This document shows, one piece after another, positions 48,117 to 57,733 of a stretch of 64,000 nucleotides of DNA (positions within the stretch are counted from its first letter, which is position 1; each line of letters starts with the position of its first letter). The position numbers and the translations under genes were made by a program. The stretch covers positions 45,435-109,434 of the forward strand of contig JAHDGY010000001.1 of NCBI GenBank assembly GCA_020631555.1. The letters are read 5' to 3'. The stretch comes from Flavobacteriales bacterium. Lineage in GTDB: Bacteria > Bacteroidota > Bacteroidia > Flavobacteriales_D > Parvicellaceae. The notes under the pieces are model-generated. The model searched no databases. It was not told the DNA's origin and saw only the letters and a list, made by a program, of their open reading frames with translations.

Positions 48117-48736
48117 CGGAAGTATGGACTTATGACATATCAAACTTATCCGATGAAGATTTGCAAAACACTCTCCAGCAGTGCTCCAGCTCGGAAAAAA
48201 AGGAAATCCAGAAATTCAGATTTTTAAAAGATCGTTTAGGAAGGTTAATCGGCCGCAAATTGGTTACTAAAAAGCTTGGAATTTCCTCGGATAAGATCCT
48301 AATTTCCGAATCTGGCAAACCATATTTACAAACCGGACCAAAATTCAATATTTCCCATTCCGGAAAGATGGTGGCCGTTGCGTTCTCAAAAACAGAGATC
48401 GGTTTGGATATTGAAGAACATAAGATGATCGGTTTTGAAGACCTGATCCAACGATTTCACCCTAACGAACAAGCTTACTTTCTTAAAAAATTAGACGAAC
48501 ATGCCTTTTTTAAGATATGGACTAGAAAAGAAGCTTTCCTGAAGGCCTTGGGGACAGGAATTACCCGTGGATTAAATCTTGATGACTGTTTACAAAACGA
48601 AATTCAGTTCAACGAAAACCGTTGGTCTATAAAATCTTTGCAGGCTCCAAAGAACTATAGCATGGCCTTATGCTCCAACGCTCCGTTAGAAGGAGTTAAA
48701 CAGTTATTGATATGCAAAGCTGAACTGTTTGTCTAA
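48113..48736 (+). CDS. 4'-phosphopantetheinyl transferase, Sfp type
   Basis: 207 aa with GKPYL...FNISHSG, GLDIEE and WTRKEAFLKALG. It overlaps the thioesterase stop by 4 nt (ATGA). Confidence 0.8.
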   Translation: MTEVWTYDISNLSDEDLQNTLQQCSSSEKKEIQKFRFLKDRLGRLIGRKLVTKKLGISSDKILISESGKPYLQTGPKFNISHSGKMVAVAFSKTEIGLDIEEHKMIGFEDLIQRFHPNEQAYFLKKLDEHAFFKIWTRKEAFLKALGTGITRGLNLDDCLQNEIQFNENRWSIKSLQAPKNYSMALCSNAPLEGVKQLLICKAELFV

Positions 48737-49037
48737 CTTCGAATAATCAAATTTGGAGCACTCCTAAAGTACGTATTTCGCAACATTAAGAACATTGTTA
48801 CAACTACTTATATTACTCGACACAGCAATTCAAACATTAGTTTATGCGAAAAACTACCTTGTCGAGCCTAGGACCTGCTTAGACTTTTGACCGCACAATC
48901 TACAACATCTCTCTGAACAACAAGAAACAAAAACTGAAACAGGGCTTGGTTTTGGAGAGTTTTACAATTCAAGGAGGGAATTCAAAAACGATCCTTAGGT
49001 TTTACAAGTTCTGTTTCCTTCCGAATGAAGTATGAAT

Positions 49038-49664
49038 TTAGTGCCTGCGAAAAATAGCATAAATGAAATCCTGCTTGGTATTGAAAGGCGTAGCATGAAC
49101 TTCTTCAAATGAATCAACCAACTCGAAACCTTCCTGAAATCTTTCTACCAGAGAATCCTTCGAGTACCTCACAATGTCCAGTCCACTGCACTTCATAGGT
49201 CCGGAACTGGAAAACGTTGCAATTACAAAATAGCCTCCACTCACTACAGAGCTCTTTACGAGATTCGCGTATGTCTTTATATCTTCTTCTTCCGTTAAGA
49301 AATGAAATGTTGCCCTATCGTGCCATAAATCGAATTTCCTGAGCGGCTTATAGCTAAGCACGTCTGAAACAACCCACTCCACATGCTTAGAATCCTTACC
49401 AATTTTTTCGCTTGATCTAGCTAAAGCATTAGCCGAGATATCCAGAACACAGAGATTTGTAAACCCCTGAACTAACAAGTCCATAGTCAGGTTGGAATTT
49501 CCACCCCCTACGTCAATTAATTCACTATGCCGAGAAATTTGTAAACTTTTTATCACAGAGAGAGACGTAATAGGACTGTCCTGATACCAACTTACTTCTT
49601 GATCAGACTTCGTCTCATACACATTTTCCCAGTGCTCTTTTACCCCTACCTTAACACATTCCAT
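49038..49664 (-). CDS. class I SAM-dependent methyltransferase
   Basis: 208 aa. Motif I is LIDVGGGNSNL, followed by VLDISANAL and a Rossmann-like remainder. Confidence 0.7.
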   Translation of the reverse strand: MECVKVGVKEHWENVYETKSDQEVSWYQDSPITSLSVIKSLQISRHSELIDVGGGNSNLTMDLLVQGFTNLCVLDISANALARSSEKIGKDSKHVEWVVSDVLSYKPLRKFDLWHDRATFHFLTEEEDIKTYANLVKSSVVSGGYFVIATFSSSGPMKCSGLDIVRYSKDSLVERFQEGFELVDSFEEVHATPFNTKQDFIYAIFRRH

Positions 49665-49824
49665 ATCTGCAATTTAACCCACACACCTTAACGAGTCAAA
49701 TAAATGCGATAAAACACGAAAAATTCCGATCAAACCAATCTGAAAACCACCAATGCAAGAGTTAAAGTAGATGCACTTAGAAAAAGTCCCAATGGTTCTT
49801 AACTTTGCACCAAATTTGATTCTA

Positions 49825-50646
49825 ATGAATTTTTGCAAGTTATCTTGTACTTTGTTTTTACTAAGCACGTTTATGGTTTACGGGCAAACTATACTACTAT
49901 CAGAAGACTTTAATACTGGAATGCCTGGCAATTTTAATATTGTGGATGCGGATGGAAATGCTCCAAACAGTGACGAAAAAGTTAATTTTATATCGGATGG
50001 CTGGGTTTTGAGGATGGATTACGACTCTACTTCAGCGGATTCGATTGCGGTAAGTACAAGCTGGTTCGAATCAGCAGACGCGGCAAATGACTATCTAATT
50101 TTACCGGCGGTTACATTTGGAAGTTTTGGCAACTATATTTACTGGGATGCACGATCAATAGACGCATCCAATGCCGATGGGTACCAACTCCTTTATTCAA
50201 GTTCACCAGAACCTACATCATTTACCGATACGCTATTTTGGGTTAAGCAAGAACTTTCATTTTGGCAGAATCATAAAATTGAACTTCCTGATTCCATATT
50301 TGCAGACACAACCTTGCATTTTGCATTTAGAAACAATTCTTACGACAAGTTCATTTTGGCTTTGGACAACATTAAGGTCGAAAAAGAAAATCCAATTTCC
50401 ATTTTTGAATCAACTGTAGACGGATTCAAATTTTACCCAAACCCTGCCACGAAATACTTGATAGTTGAATCATCTGTAAAGAAAAAATCGACCATAACAA
50501 TTTCAGATCTACTTGGCCGCCAGCGTGCGAAACTAAATACAGGCTTCCCTAAACTAAATATTCCTTTGAGCAACTATAATTTAAGCCCTGGAATTTACTT
50601 CTTAACTGTAAACGAAAGAACCAGAAGATTAGTAATTAAAGAATAA
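49825..50646 (+). CDS. Secreted protein with a T9SS type A C-terminal sorting domain (N-terminal domain resembles choice-of-anchor J)
   Basis: The signal peptide MNFCKLSCTLFLLSTFMVYGQ follows ATG 49825. The body begins LLSEDFNTGMPGNFNIVDADGNAP. The C-terminal tail is FKFYPNPATKYLIVES...LSPGIYFLTVNERTRRLVIKE. Confidence 0.6.
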   Translation: MNFCKLSCTLFLLSTFMVYGQTILLSEDFNTGMPGNFNIVDADGNAPNSDEKVNFISDGWVLRMDYDSTSADSIAVSTSWFESADAANDYLILPAVTFGSFGNYIYWDARSIDASNADGYQLLYSSSPEPTSFTDTLFWVKQELSFWQNHKIELPDSIFADTTLHFAFRNNSYDKFILALDNIKVEKENPISIFESTVDGFKFYPNPATKYLIVESSVKKKSTITISDLLGRQRAKLNTGFPKLNIPLSNYNLSPGIYFLTVNERTRRLVIKE

Positions 50647-50663
50647 ACACATCGGCAAAAGCC

Positions 50664-51116
50664 TTATTTACTCAACTCTTCCTTAACAACTTTGGAAATT
50701 AAGGACCCATCGGCTTTACCTTTTAGCTTCCCCATAACAGGCCCCATGACTTTGCCCATATCGGATGGCCCCATTGCCCCAACAGCGGCAATTGTTTCCT
50801 TAACAATTTTGCAGACGTCCGTCTCACTCATCATTTCAGGCAAATATTCTTTGATTACATTGGCCTCTTGGATTTCAGCTTCCGCCAAATCTGTTCGACC
50901 TTGATCATTGTAGATTTTGGCAGAATCATTTCTTTGCTTAAACAACTTCTGAACTATCTGATTGCCGGCAGAATCAGCCACTGTTCCATCCCCGCCCTCT
51001 TTAGTACTTTCTATCAAAAGAGCTGATTTAATAGCTCTTAACGCAGGCAATCTTTCCTTTTGCTTTGCCAGCATTGCACTTTTAATATCCGCATTAATGC
51101 GTTCTATCCAACTCAT
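50664..51116 (-). CDS. GatB/YqeY domain protein
   Basis: 150 aa with INADIKSAMLAKQKERLPALRAIKSAL...VIKEYLPEMMSE...MGKVMGPVMGKLKGKADG. Confidence 0.85.
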   Translation of the reverse strand: MSWIERINADIKSAMLAKQKERLPALRAIKSALLIESTKEGGDGTVADSAGNQIVQKLFKQRNDSAKIYNDQGRTDLAEAEIQEANVIKEYLPEMMSETDVCKIVKETIAAVGAMGPSDMGKVMGPVMGKLKGKADGSLISKVVKEELSK

Positions 51117-51232
51117 AAATTTTAAATATTGATTGCCGACGACTTCTCAAACCTGCCTGTCCGAAAACGTTAAATATAAATTGCGGCAACATTCACCTAA
51201 CCAATTGAATTTCGGCATCCAATAGCGATAAA

Positions 51233-53155
51233 TTAATCCACGTTGTCGTGCAGAAATGAATTTCCACTCAAACCTGTCCTTTTTTCTCCGCTAAGGCCTT
51301 CAACTTCACCAATCGAGTATCTTGACAAGCTAGATTCCGATGAATGTTTTGGTTCCTCCAAATTCACATTCCTGCGCTTATATGCTGGTTCGTTCTCAAG
51401 TTCCGCAATTCCAGCAGGCGTTTTTAGCTTTGCACTTAATTCTTTAATTCTAGCAATACGCTCAGAAGCCCGATGTTGCAGCTCCTCAGGTGATGGCTGC
51501 GTGCTTGTTTGATTGGTTGGAGCAGCATTAGTTTCCTGCCCCCCCCAGAGACTAGGCTTCTGGGAATGTGTAGGCTGAGAAAAATTATTCGCCCCCATAG
51601 TGCCTCCATACTGACCTTCCACAGAATTCGGTACTGCTTGACTAGTTTGATTCGTATACGGTTGATGCAACGCCTCAGAATCTTTAAGCGTCATCGAATC
51701 AGACTGAATAATATCGTCCTCTAATTGATATCTAATTTTTCCATCTCCAGCCAAATTACTTTGACGATCACTCTCGGAAAACGAATCTTTAATAGCCTGC
51801 TCTCCCGCTGAAGAAGACACATGTTGTTCTACATCATTTATGGGCTTGTCAAACTCAATTCTAGTCTGTTCTTCGAAATGAGAATTTTTATTCTCGCTAC
51901 CCAACACCTCCGAATCATCGTTTGCAGTAGAGTTATTTAATCCTTCGGCACTTTGCTTTGAGTCCACTACATCAAGGTGGGCTGAAGTATTGTTAGAATC
52001 CGCTACTTCTTCCGGTTCCTCCAGTTTTACAACGAATGGCTCAGGCACATCTTCGCTTACATGATTTTCATGCAGCAATTCAGCTCTTTGGTGAACAGGA
52101 TTCGATACTGGTTGAGTAACCACCGTTGATCGATTCTCTGTCTCCAAGTTCATTTTCTTCTTTTCTGGCTCCTTTGGAGTTAGACCTGTTTCAGGACTCG
52201 CTTTAAACCCGGTTGCAATTATCGTAACGCACAATCCATTGCCAATTTCTTCATCGTGACCATGCCCCCAAATAACATCAGCACTACTTCCAGCCTCTTC
52301 TTGAATGTAGTCAGTAATATCTGCAATTTCATCCATCAACACCTCTTGCTCGCCGTAAGTTATATTCAGCAAGACGTATTGAGCACCAATAATATTATTG
52401 TCATTTAGAAGTGGCGAAGCTAGAGCTTCTTCCACCGCTTTTGTTGCTCGATTTTCACCTTCAGCAACAGCAGATCCCATTATAGCCACGCCGCTATCCT
52501 TCATAACAGTGTTAACGTCATTGAAATCAACATTAATTTGCCCAGTAACCGAAATTACTTCCGCGATTCCCTTTGCTGCAGTAGCTAAAACATCATCCGC
52601 TTTGATGAAAGCGTTTCCAAGAGAAAGATTACCGTATAATTCTCTGAGCTTATCGTTATTAATTACCAAAAGCGTATCAACCGCTTCGCGCATCTTCTCA
52701 ATACCCTCTTCGGCTTGCATTCTTCTTTTTCTTCCTTCAAATATGAAAGGTACCGTCACAATCCCAACGGTCAAAATACCCATTTCACGAGCTGCCTTAG
52801 CAATAACTGGTGCAGCTCCAGTACCTGTTCCTCCTCCCATGCCAGCTGTTACGAACACCATCTTTGTATTGGTCTCCAGAATTTGCTTGATGTCGTCAAG
52901 GTTTTCGATTGCAGCATTCTTTCCAACATCAGGAATAGAACCTGCTCCACGCCCCTCGGTAAGACTGGCTCCAAGTTGAATTTTAACAGGGACAGGACTA
53001 ATATCCAATGCCTGGGAATCGGTATTGCAGACCAAAAAGTCTACCCCCTTAATTCCCAAACCGTACATGTGGTTTACTGCGTTGCTACCTCCGCCACCAA
53101 CACCGATCACTTTGATGATTGAGGATTGATCTTTTGGCAAATCGAATTGAAACAT
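51233..53155 (-). CDS. ftsZ: cell division protein FtsZ with a long C-terminal linker
   Basis: 640 aa. It has the tubulin signature GMGGGTGTGAAPVIA and a GTPase core to about residue 320, then about 270 polar, low-complexity residues. A PAYKRRNV peptide and a terminal FLHDNVD follow. Confidence 0.95.
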   Translation of the reverse strand: MFQFDLPKDQSSIIKVIGVGGGGSNAVNHMYGLGIKGVDFLVCNTDSQALDISPVPVKIQLGASLTEGRGAGSIPDVGKNAAIENLDDIKQILETNTKMVFVTAGMGGGTGTGAAPVIAKAAREMGILTVGIVTVPFIFEGRKRRMQAEEGIEKMREAVDTLLVINNDKLRELYGNLSLGNAFIKADDVLATAAKGIAEVISVTGQINVDFNDVNTVMKDSGVAIMGSAVAEGENRATKAVEEALASPLLNDNNIIGAQYVLLNITYGEQEVLMDEIADITDYIQEEAGSSADVIWGHGHDEEIGNGLCVTIIATGFKASPETGLTPKEPEKKKMNLETENRSTVVTQPVSNPVHQRAELLHENHVSEDVPEPFVVKLEEPEEVADSNNTSAHLDVVDSKQSAEGLNNSTANDDSEVLGSENKNSHFEEQTRIEFDKPINDVEQHVSSSAGEQAIKDSFSESDRQSNLAGDGKIRYQLEDDIIQSDSMTLKDSEALHQPYTNQTSQAVPNSVEGQYGGTMGANNFSQPTHSQKPSLWGGQETNAAPTNQTSTQPSPEELQHRASERIARIKELSAKLKTPAGIAELENEPAYKRRNVNLEEPKHSSESSLSRYSIGEVEGLSGEKRTGLSGNSFLHDNVD

Positions 53156-53190
53156 ATATGCGGACTATTTAAATGCTTTGCTTTAATTTT

Positions 53191-54468
53191 TTATTCTACT
53201 CCTTCGTCAAAAAAACCTCTAATTTTTTCGAAGAAGCTACCTGATAATTTTTTGGAATGAGATCGAGCAACGTGATCATGTCGAGCTTTTTGTTTTTCAT
53301 ATTGGTCAAAGCCTTTAACCACTAACCCGACGCCAGTAGCAAACAATGGACTAGTAACATTAATGTTTGTGTTCGAACTTAAGTGTTCATTAGGATACCC
53401 AATTCGAGCGTCCATTCCTGTAATAAATTCAAACAACTGAGTAATGTGTTTCAATTGTGAACCACCCCCGGTAACAACGATACCGCCGATCAGTTTTTTC
53501 TCAAATCCAGAATTCTTTATTTCGTAGTAAACATGTTCTATAATTTCAGAAACCCGCGCATTGATGATGCTCGAAAGATTCTTTACCGAAATTTCTTTCG
53601 GTTCTCTTCCCCGAAGTCCAGGAATGCAAACAATTTCGTTATCCTGGCTTTGGTGTGGTAGCGCGGTACCAAACTTAGTTTTTAGTAACTCTGCCTGACG
53701 ATGCATTATCGTGCAGCCTTCTTTGATATCCTCTGTAAGGATGTTACCTCCAAACGGAATTACAGCAGTATGTCGGATAATACCATCGTAGAAAATCGCA
53801 AGATCCGTCGTTCCGCCTCCAATATCCACCAATACTACACCGGCTTCCATCTCCTCCTTGCTCAGCACGGCGGACGACGAGGCCAATGGTTCTAGAATCA
53901 ATTCGGACACCTCTAGGCCAGATTTGTGGACACATTTATATATGTTCTTGGCCGCATTAATCTGACCGGCAATAATATGGAAGTTTGCTTCCAGTTGAAC
54001 CCCGGCCATACCAATAGGATCTTTAATCCCTGTTTCCCGATCTACGATATATTCCTGGGGCAGAACATGAATAATCTCCTCGCCTGGCAACATTACCAAT
54101 TTGTACATGTCGTCTATCAAGGCATCAATATCTACCTGACGAATTTCCTCCTCAGCATCATCACGAGTAATCATTCCTCGGTGCTGCAAACTTTTGATAT
54201 GCTGACCAGCAATACCAACATTTACCACGTTCACCTCTACACCCGATTTCGCCTCTGCCTCATCAACAGCGGTGCGAATGGAATTTACAGTCTTTTCTAT
54301 ATTGGAAACTACACCTCTAGAAACACCCAACGAGTCAGATCGACCCATCCCCAGGATTTCTATTTTTCCATGCTCCGTCTTTCGACCAACCAAGCACGCA
54401 ATTTTTGTGGTTCCAATATCTAATCCAACGACTATTTCAGGTGCATCCATGCCTACCGCTTTGAACAA
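53191..54468 (-). CDS. ftsA: cell division protein FtsA
   Basis: The actin-fold motifs VVGLDIGTTKI and LVDIGGGTTDLAI are present. An alternative start at ATG 54450 would remove the 16-nt overlap with ftsQ. Confidence 0.92.
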   Translation of the reverse strand: MFKAVGMDAPEIVVGLDIGTTKIACLVGRKTEHGKIEILGMGRSDSLGVSRGVVSNIEKTVNSIRTAVDEAEAKSGVEVNVVNVGIAGQHIKSLQHRGMITRDDAEEEIRQVDIDALIDDMYKLVMLPGEEIIHVLPQEYIVDRETGIKDPIGMAGVQLEANFHIIAGQINAAKNIYKCVHKSGLEVSELILEPLASSSAVLSKEEMEAGVVLVDIGGGTTDLAIFYDGIIRHTAVIPFGGNILTEDIKEGCTIMHRQAELLKTKFGTALPHQSQDNEIVCIPGLRGREPKEISVKNLSSIINARVSEIIEHVYYEIKNSGFEKKLIGGIVVTGGGSQLKHITQLFEFITGMDARIGYPNEHLSSNTNINVTSPLFATGVGLVVKGFDQYEKQKARHDHVARSHSKKLSGSFFEKIRGFFDEGVE

Positions 54469-55238
54469 ATTATTTGATTCTTATACTTCAATGTTATCGT
54501 GTCATATAAATTAAATTCCTCGGGCTGAATTCCTTTCTCATAAAAAACCTTCAACTTCTTGAATTTATTCTCTATGTCTTCTACTTTTCCAAACATGATC
54601 CGATGGTTGCCAACCCTCGGAACCAACTCATATTCGCCATCCTTATTCACATAAACTTGAACAATTTGAGCCTTGAGAAAATCGTCCTGCTCGATATGGT
54701 TCACGAGTTGATATATGTTATCAAGTTTTAAAGATTGCAACAAACTGTCACCAAAATTTGGGTCCAACACAGAAGTTTTCAGCATTGGTTCGTTTATATG
54801 TCCGTTTACAACCACCACACGCGCGGTATAATGTGGGGTTATGGGCATTGCACAACCCTTATCATCCAGATAAAAATTAACGCCGTTTTTGTTCCAAATT
54901 CTACAGATTGGATTGCGTTGTATAATATCCACTTTGATCGATCCACTTAAAGATTTATAAACCTCAGCATTTGCAACACCGGTCATTCCCAGAATACGAT
55001 GTTCAATGTCCTTACAATTGACCGCACCTAAAGATATTGATTCGTAATTGTAGCCTATATCCTTCATCATTTGCAGAATATCCTTAGCCCGAATAAATTC
55101 ATGTCCATTGCTACTGTCAATATTTATTGTTGGCAACTCACAGGCTCTGTTAACATTTTCCTGAGAAGTGAATGCTAACAACATAACGATAGCAATTGCG
55201 AATAAGCTCCAACAGGAAATCACCAACCACTTCATCAT
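54453..55238 (-). CDS. ftsQ: cell division protein FtsQ
   Basis: 261 aa with a single N-terminal TM helix (VISCWSLFAIAIVMLLAF) and a POTRA-like region. The call also rests on its position between murC and ftsA. Confidence 0.8.
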   Translation of the reverse strand: MMKWLVISCWSLFAIAIVMLLAFTSQENVNRACELPTINIDSSNGHEFIRAKDILQMMKDIGYNYESISLGAVNCKDIEHRILGMTGVANAEVYKSLSGSIKVDIIQRNPICRIWNKNGVNFYLDDKGCAMPITPHYTARVVVVNGHINEPMLKTSVLDPNFGDSLLQSLKLDNIYQLVNHIEQDDFLKAQIVQVYVNKDGEYELVPRVGNHRIMFGKVEDIENKFKKLKVFYEKGIQPEEFNLYDTITLKYKNQIICSKR

Positions 55239-56605
55239 AACAAAAGTTTTTTCGTTATCGGCTCAACAAGTTGGGCAATATCGCCTGCCCCCAGGGTCAA
55301 TAAAACATCCTGAGCTGATTTATCAACAGAGTTTAAAACCTCATTGTAACGACAGATACGTTTATTGTCCATCGGAACCCGGTCTAACAACACATTGGAA
55401 TCAACTCCTTCTATTGGCTCTTCGCGCGCTGGGTAAATATCCAACAGAATCAACTGATCCAACTTAGCCAATTCAACGGCAAAGTCATCCATAAAATCTC
55501 GGGTTCGAGAAAATAAATGCGGCTGAAATATTCCTGTAATTTTTTTACCAGGATACAATTCGCGAACACTACCAATACATGCCGCTAACTCTGTTGGATG
55601 ATGAGCATAATCATCAATATAGGTTACCTCTTCTAGATTAACCTTCACCTCAAACCTTCGACTTATACCCTTGAAAGAAGCTAAATTAGATTTAATCTCA
55701 AACTTACTAACCCCTAAGACATCTGCTACGGCTACAGCAGCCAGAGCATTCTCTACATTATGCCTTCCTCCCAAAGAAAATTCGCATCCGACAATTAGAC
55801 CACCGGGTGTGGCAATATCGAACTGAAATCTACCATGAAGAATTTCTATCCGCTGACAATAATAATCGGCTAGCGTGTTCTCAATTTCATAAGTAAGTGT
55901 TGTGGCAGCTACATTGCCTAAATCTACACCATGCTTCGCTACCAACCTTCCGGATTTGGGCAACAATCCAGTAAACTCACGAAAACTAGACTCCAAATCC
56001 TCTTTGTCATCATAGATATCTAAATGGTCGACATCGATAGAAGTTACGATTGCAAAATCTGGCGACAAACGCAAAAATGATCGATCATACTCGTCTGCCT
56101 CCATGACACAAATGGAAGACTTGTCATCTAGTAGCACATTTGTATCATATCCGGCTAAAACCCCTCCTAAAAAAGCGTTGCACCCAACGTTTGAGTTGTA
56201 CAACAAATGTGCTAGTATAGAAGAGGTTGTAGTTTTGCCATGGGTACCCGCTACGCCAATTGTAGTATGCTGATTGGAAATCAATCCCAGAACTTCTGAT
56301 CGCTTAAAAACGGTATTCCCTTGTTCGCGAAAAAACAACAATTGATCGTTTTCTTCAGGAACAGCAGGCGTATAAACAACTAATGTTTCGGGCCCAACAA
56401 ATGAGTTAGGAATTGCCGCTAATTGATCATCGAAGACGACAGACACACCTTCATGACTTAACTTATCCGTCAAAGGCGTTTGTACGCGATCGTAGCCGGC
56501 CACATGTGCCTGACGCGAAATGAAATATCGTGCAAGTGCACTCATTCCAATCCCGCCTACCCCAATAAAATAGACTTTATTTACCTTGCTTAAATCCATC
56601 TTCAA
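55235..56605 (-). CDS. murC: UDP-N-acetylmuramate--L-alanine ligase
   Basis: 456 aa with FIGVGGIGMSALA and the P-loop GTHGKTTT. The overall Mur ligase three-domain layout is present. Confidence 0.93.
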   Translation of the reverse strand: MKMDLSKVNKVYFIGVGGIGMSALARYFISRQAHVAGYDRVQTPLTDKLSHEGVSVVFDDQLAAIPNSFVGPETLVVYTPAVPEENDQLLFFREQGNTVFKRSEVLGLISNQHTTIGVAGTHGKTTTSSILAHLLYNSNVGCNAFLGGVLAGYDTNVLLDDKSSICVMEADEYDRSFLRLSPDFAIVTSIDVDHLDIYDDKEDLESSFREFTGLLPKSGRLVAKHGVDLGNVAATTLTYEIENTLADYYCQRIEILHGRFQFDIATPGGLIVGCEFSLGGRHNVENALAAVAVADVLGVSKFEIKSNLASFKGISRRFEVKVNLEEVTYIDDYAHHPTELAACIGSVRELYPGKKITGIFQPHLFSRTRDFMDDFAVELAKLDQLILLDIYPAREEPIEGVDSNVLLDRVPMDNKRICRYNEVLNSVDKSAQDVLLTLGAGDIAQLVEPITKKLLL

Positions 56606-56632
56606 CCTTGCCCCTGCTTCAAAAAAGTCATT

Positions 56633-57733
56633 TCAACTTTCTATCAAGCCGACAATAACATCTTTTATATTTTCAGCCGCATCGGGCCGACCAAAATTTC
56701 CAATATTTACACTTAATTCTTCACATTTTTGGGCATTGCCAACTAGAGAAATAACCTGATCTCCTAGACAAGCCAAAGCCTCGGAATCCTTAACCAAAAC
56801 AGCCGCATCCGCATTCACCAACTCCATTGCATTTTTCGTTTGATGATCTTCGGCTACGTTAGGAGATGGCACCAGAATAACTGGCTTTTTAACCAAACAT
56901 AGTTCCGACACGCTGATCGCTCCAGCTCTAGAAACGACAATATCCGCAACCGAATAAGCCAAGCTCATATCGTCGAGAAACGCACTAGCATAAACTTCGG
57001 AATGCCCTTCAACGGCTTTCGCTACATGATCGATATAACGCTTACCTGTTTGCCAAACAACTTGAATTTCACATGCAATTAATTTTTCGAATATCGCTAG
57101 CATGCTATCATTAATCGTTTTTGCCCCCAAACTACCACCGACAACTAACAAGGTCTTCTTTCCTTCATTCAAACCAAATTGCTGTATCCCTAATTTTCTT
57201 TTTTCGTTATTTACAGCGACCGCCTGTTTTCTAACAGGATTACCCGTAAGAACTAATTTATCGGAAGCAAAGAACTTATCCATGTTTCCATAGGCAACAC
57301 ATATCTTTTTCGCCCTCCGGCCCAACAACCGATTGGTCACCCCAGGAAACGAATTTTGCTCTTGCAGAACTGTTGGTATACCAAGAATTGAAGCTGCTTT
57401 CAGCAAAGGCCCACTTGCATATCCTCCAACCCCAACGACTACGTGAGGAGAAAATCGTTGCACAATTTTTTTCGCTTTAATTAGACTCCCAACCACCTTG
57501 AATGGTAGCGCTAAATTTTTAATCGTCAACCGTCTTTGAAGCCCCGCTATATTTAATCCAACAATTTCATATCCCGCCGAAGGCACCTTATGCATTTCCA
57601 TTTTACCTTCAGCCCCAACAAACAATATCTTTGCATCTGGATAAGCCTCCCTGATCGTATTGGCTATCGCAATTGCCGGAAATACGTGACCTCCGGTTCC
57701 ACCACCACTGATTATAATTCTAGGCGATTGCAT
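56633..57733 (-). CDS. murG: undecaprenyldiphospho-muramoylpentapeptide beta-N-acetylglucosaminyltransferase
   Basis: 366 aa with ISGGGTGGHVFPAIAIA and VSRAGAISVSEL. Confidence 0.93.
   Translation of the reverse strand: MQSPRIIISGGGTGGHVFPAIAIANTIREAYPDAKILFVGAEGKMEMHKVPSAGYEIVGLNIAGLQRRLTIKNLALPFKVVGSLIKAKKIVQRFSPHVVVGVGGYASGPLLKAASILGIPTVLQEQNSFPGVTNRLLGRRAKKICVAYGNMDKFFASDKLVLTGNPVRKQAVAVNNEKRKLGIQQFGLNEGKKTLLVVGGSLGAKTINDSMLAIFEKLIACEIQVVWQTGKRYIDHVAKAVEGHSEVYASAFLDDMSLAYSVADIVVSRAGAISVSELCLVKKPVILVPSPNVAEDHQTKNAMELVNADAAVLVKDSEALACLGDQVISLVGNAQKCEELSVNIGNFGRPDAAENIKDVIVGLIES

Noticed and set aside
49674-49868. 64-aa minus-strand ORF upstream of the methyltransferase.
   Set aside because: It overlaps the signal-peptide region of the plus-strand T9SS protein gene and has no motifs.
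52398-52979. 193-aa ORF antisense to the ftsZ GTPase core.
   Set aside because: Its Ala/Pro/Ser/Thr-rich sequence mirrors the Gly-rich FtsZ motifs on the other strand, and it has no start context or motifs.
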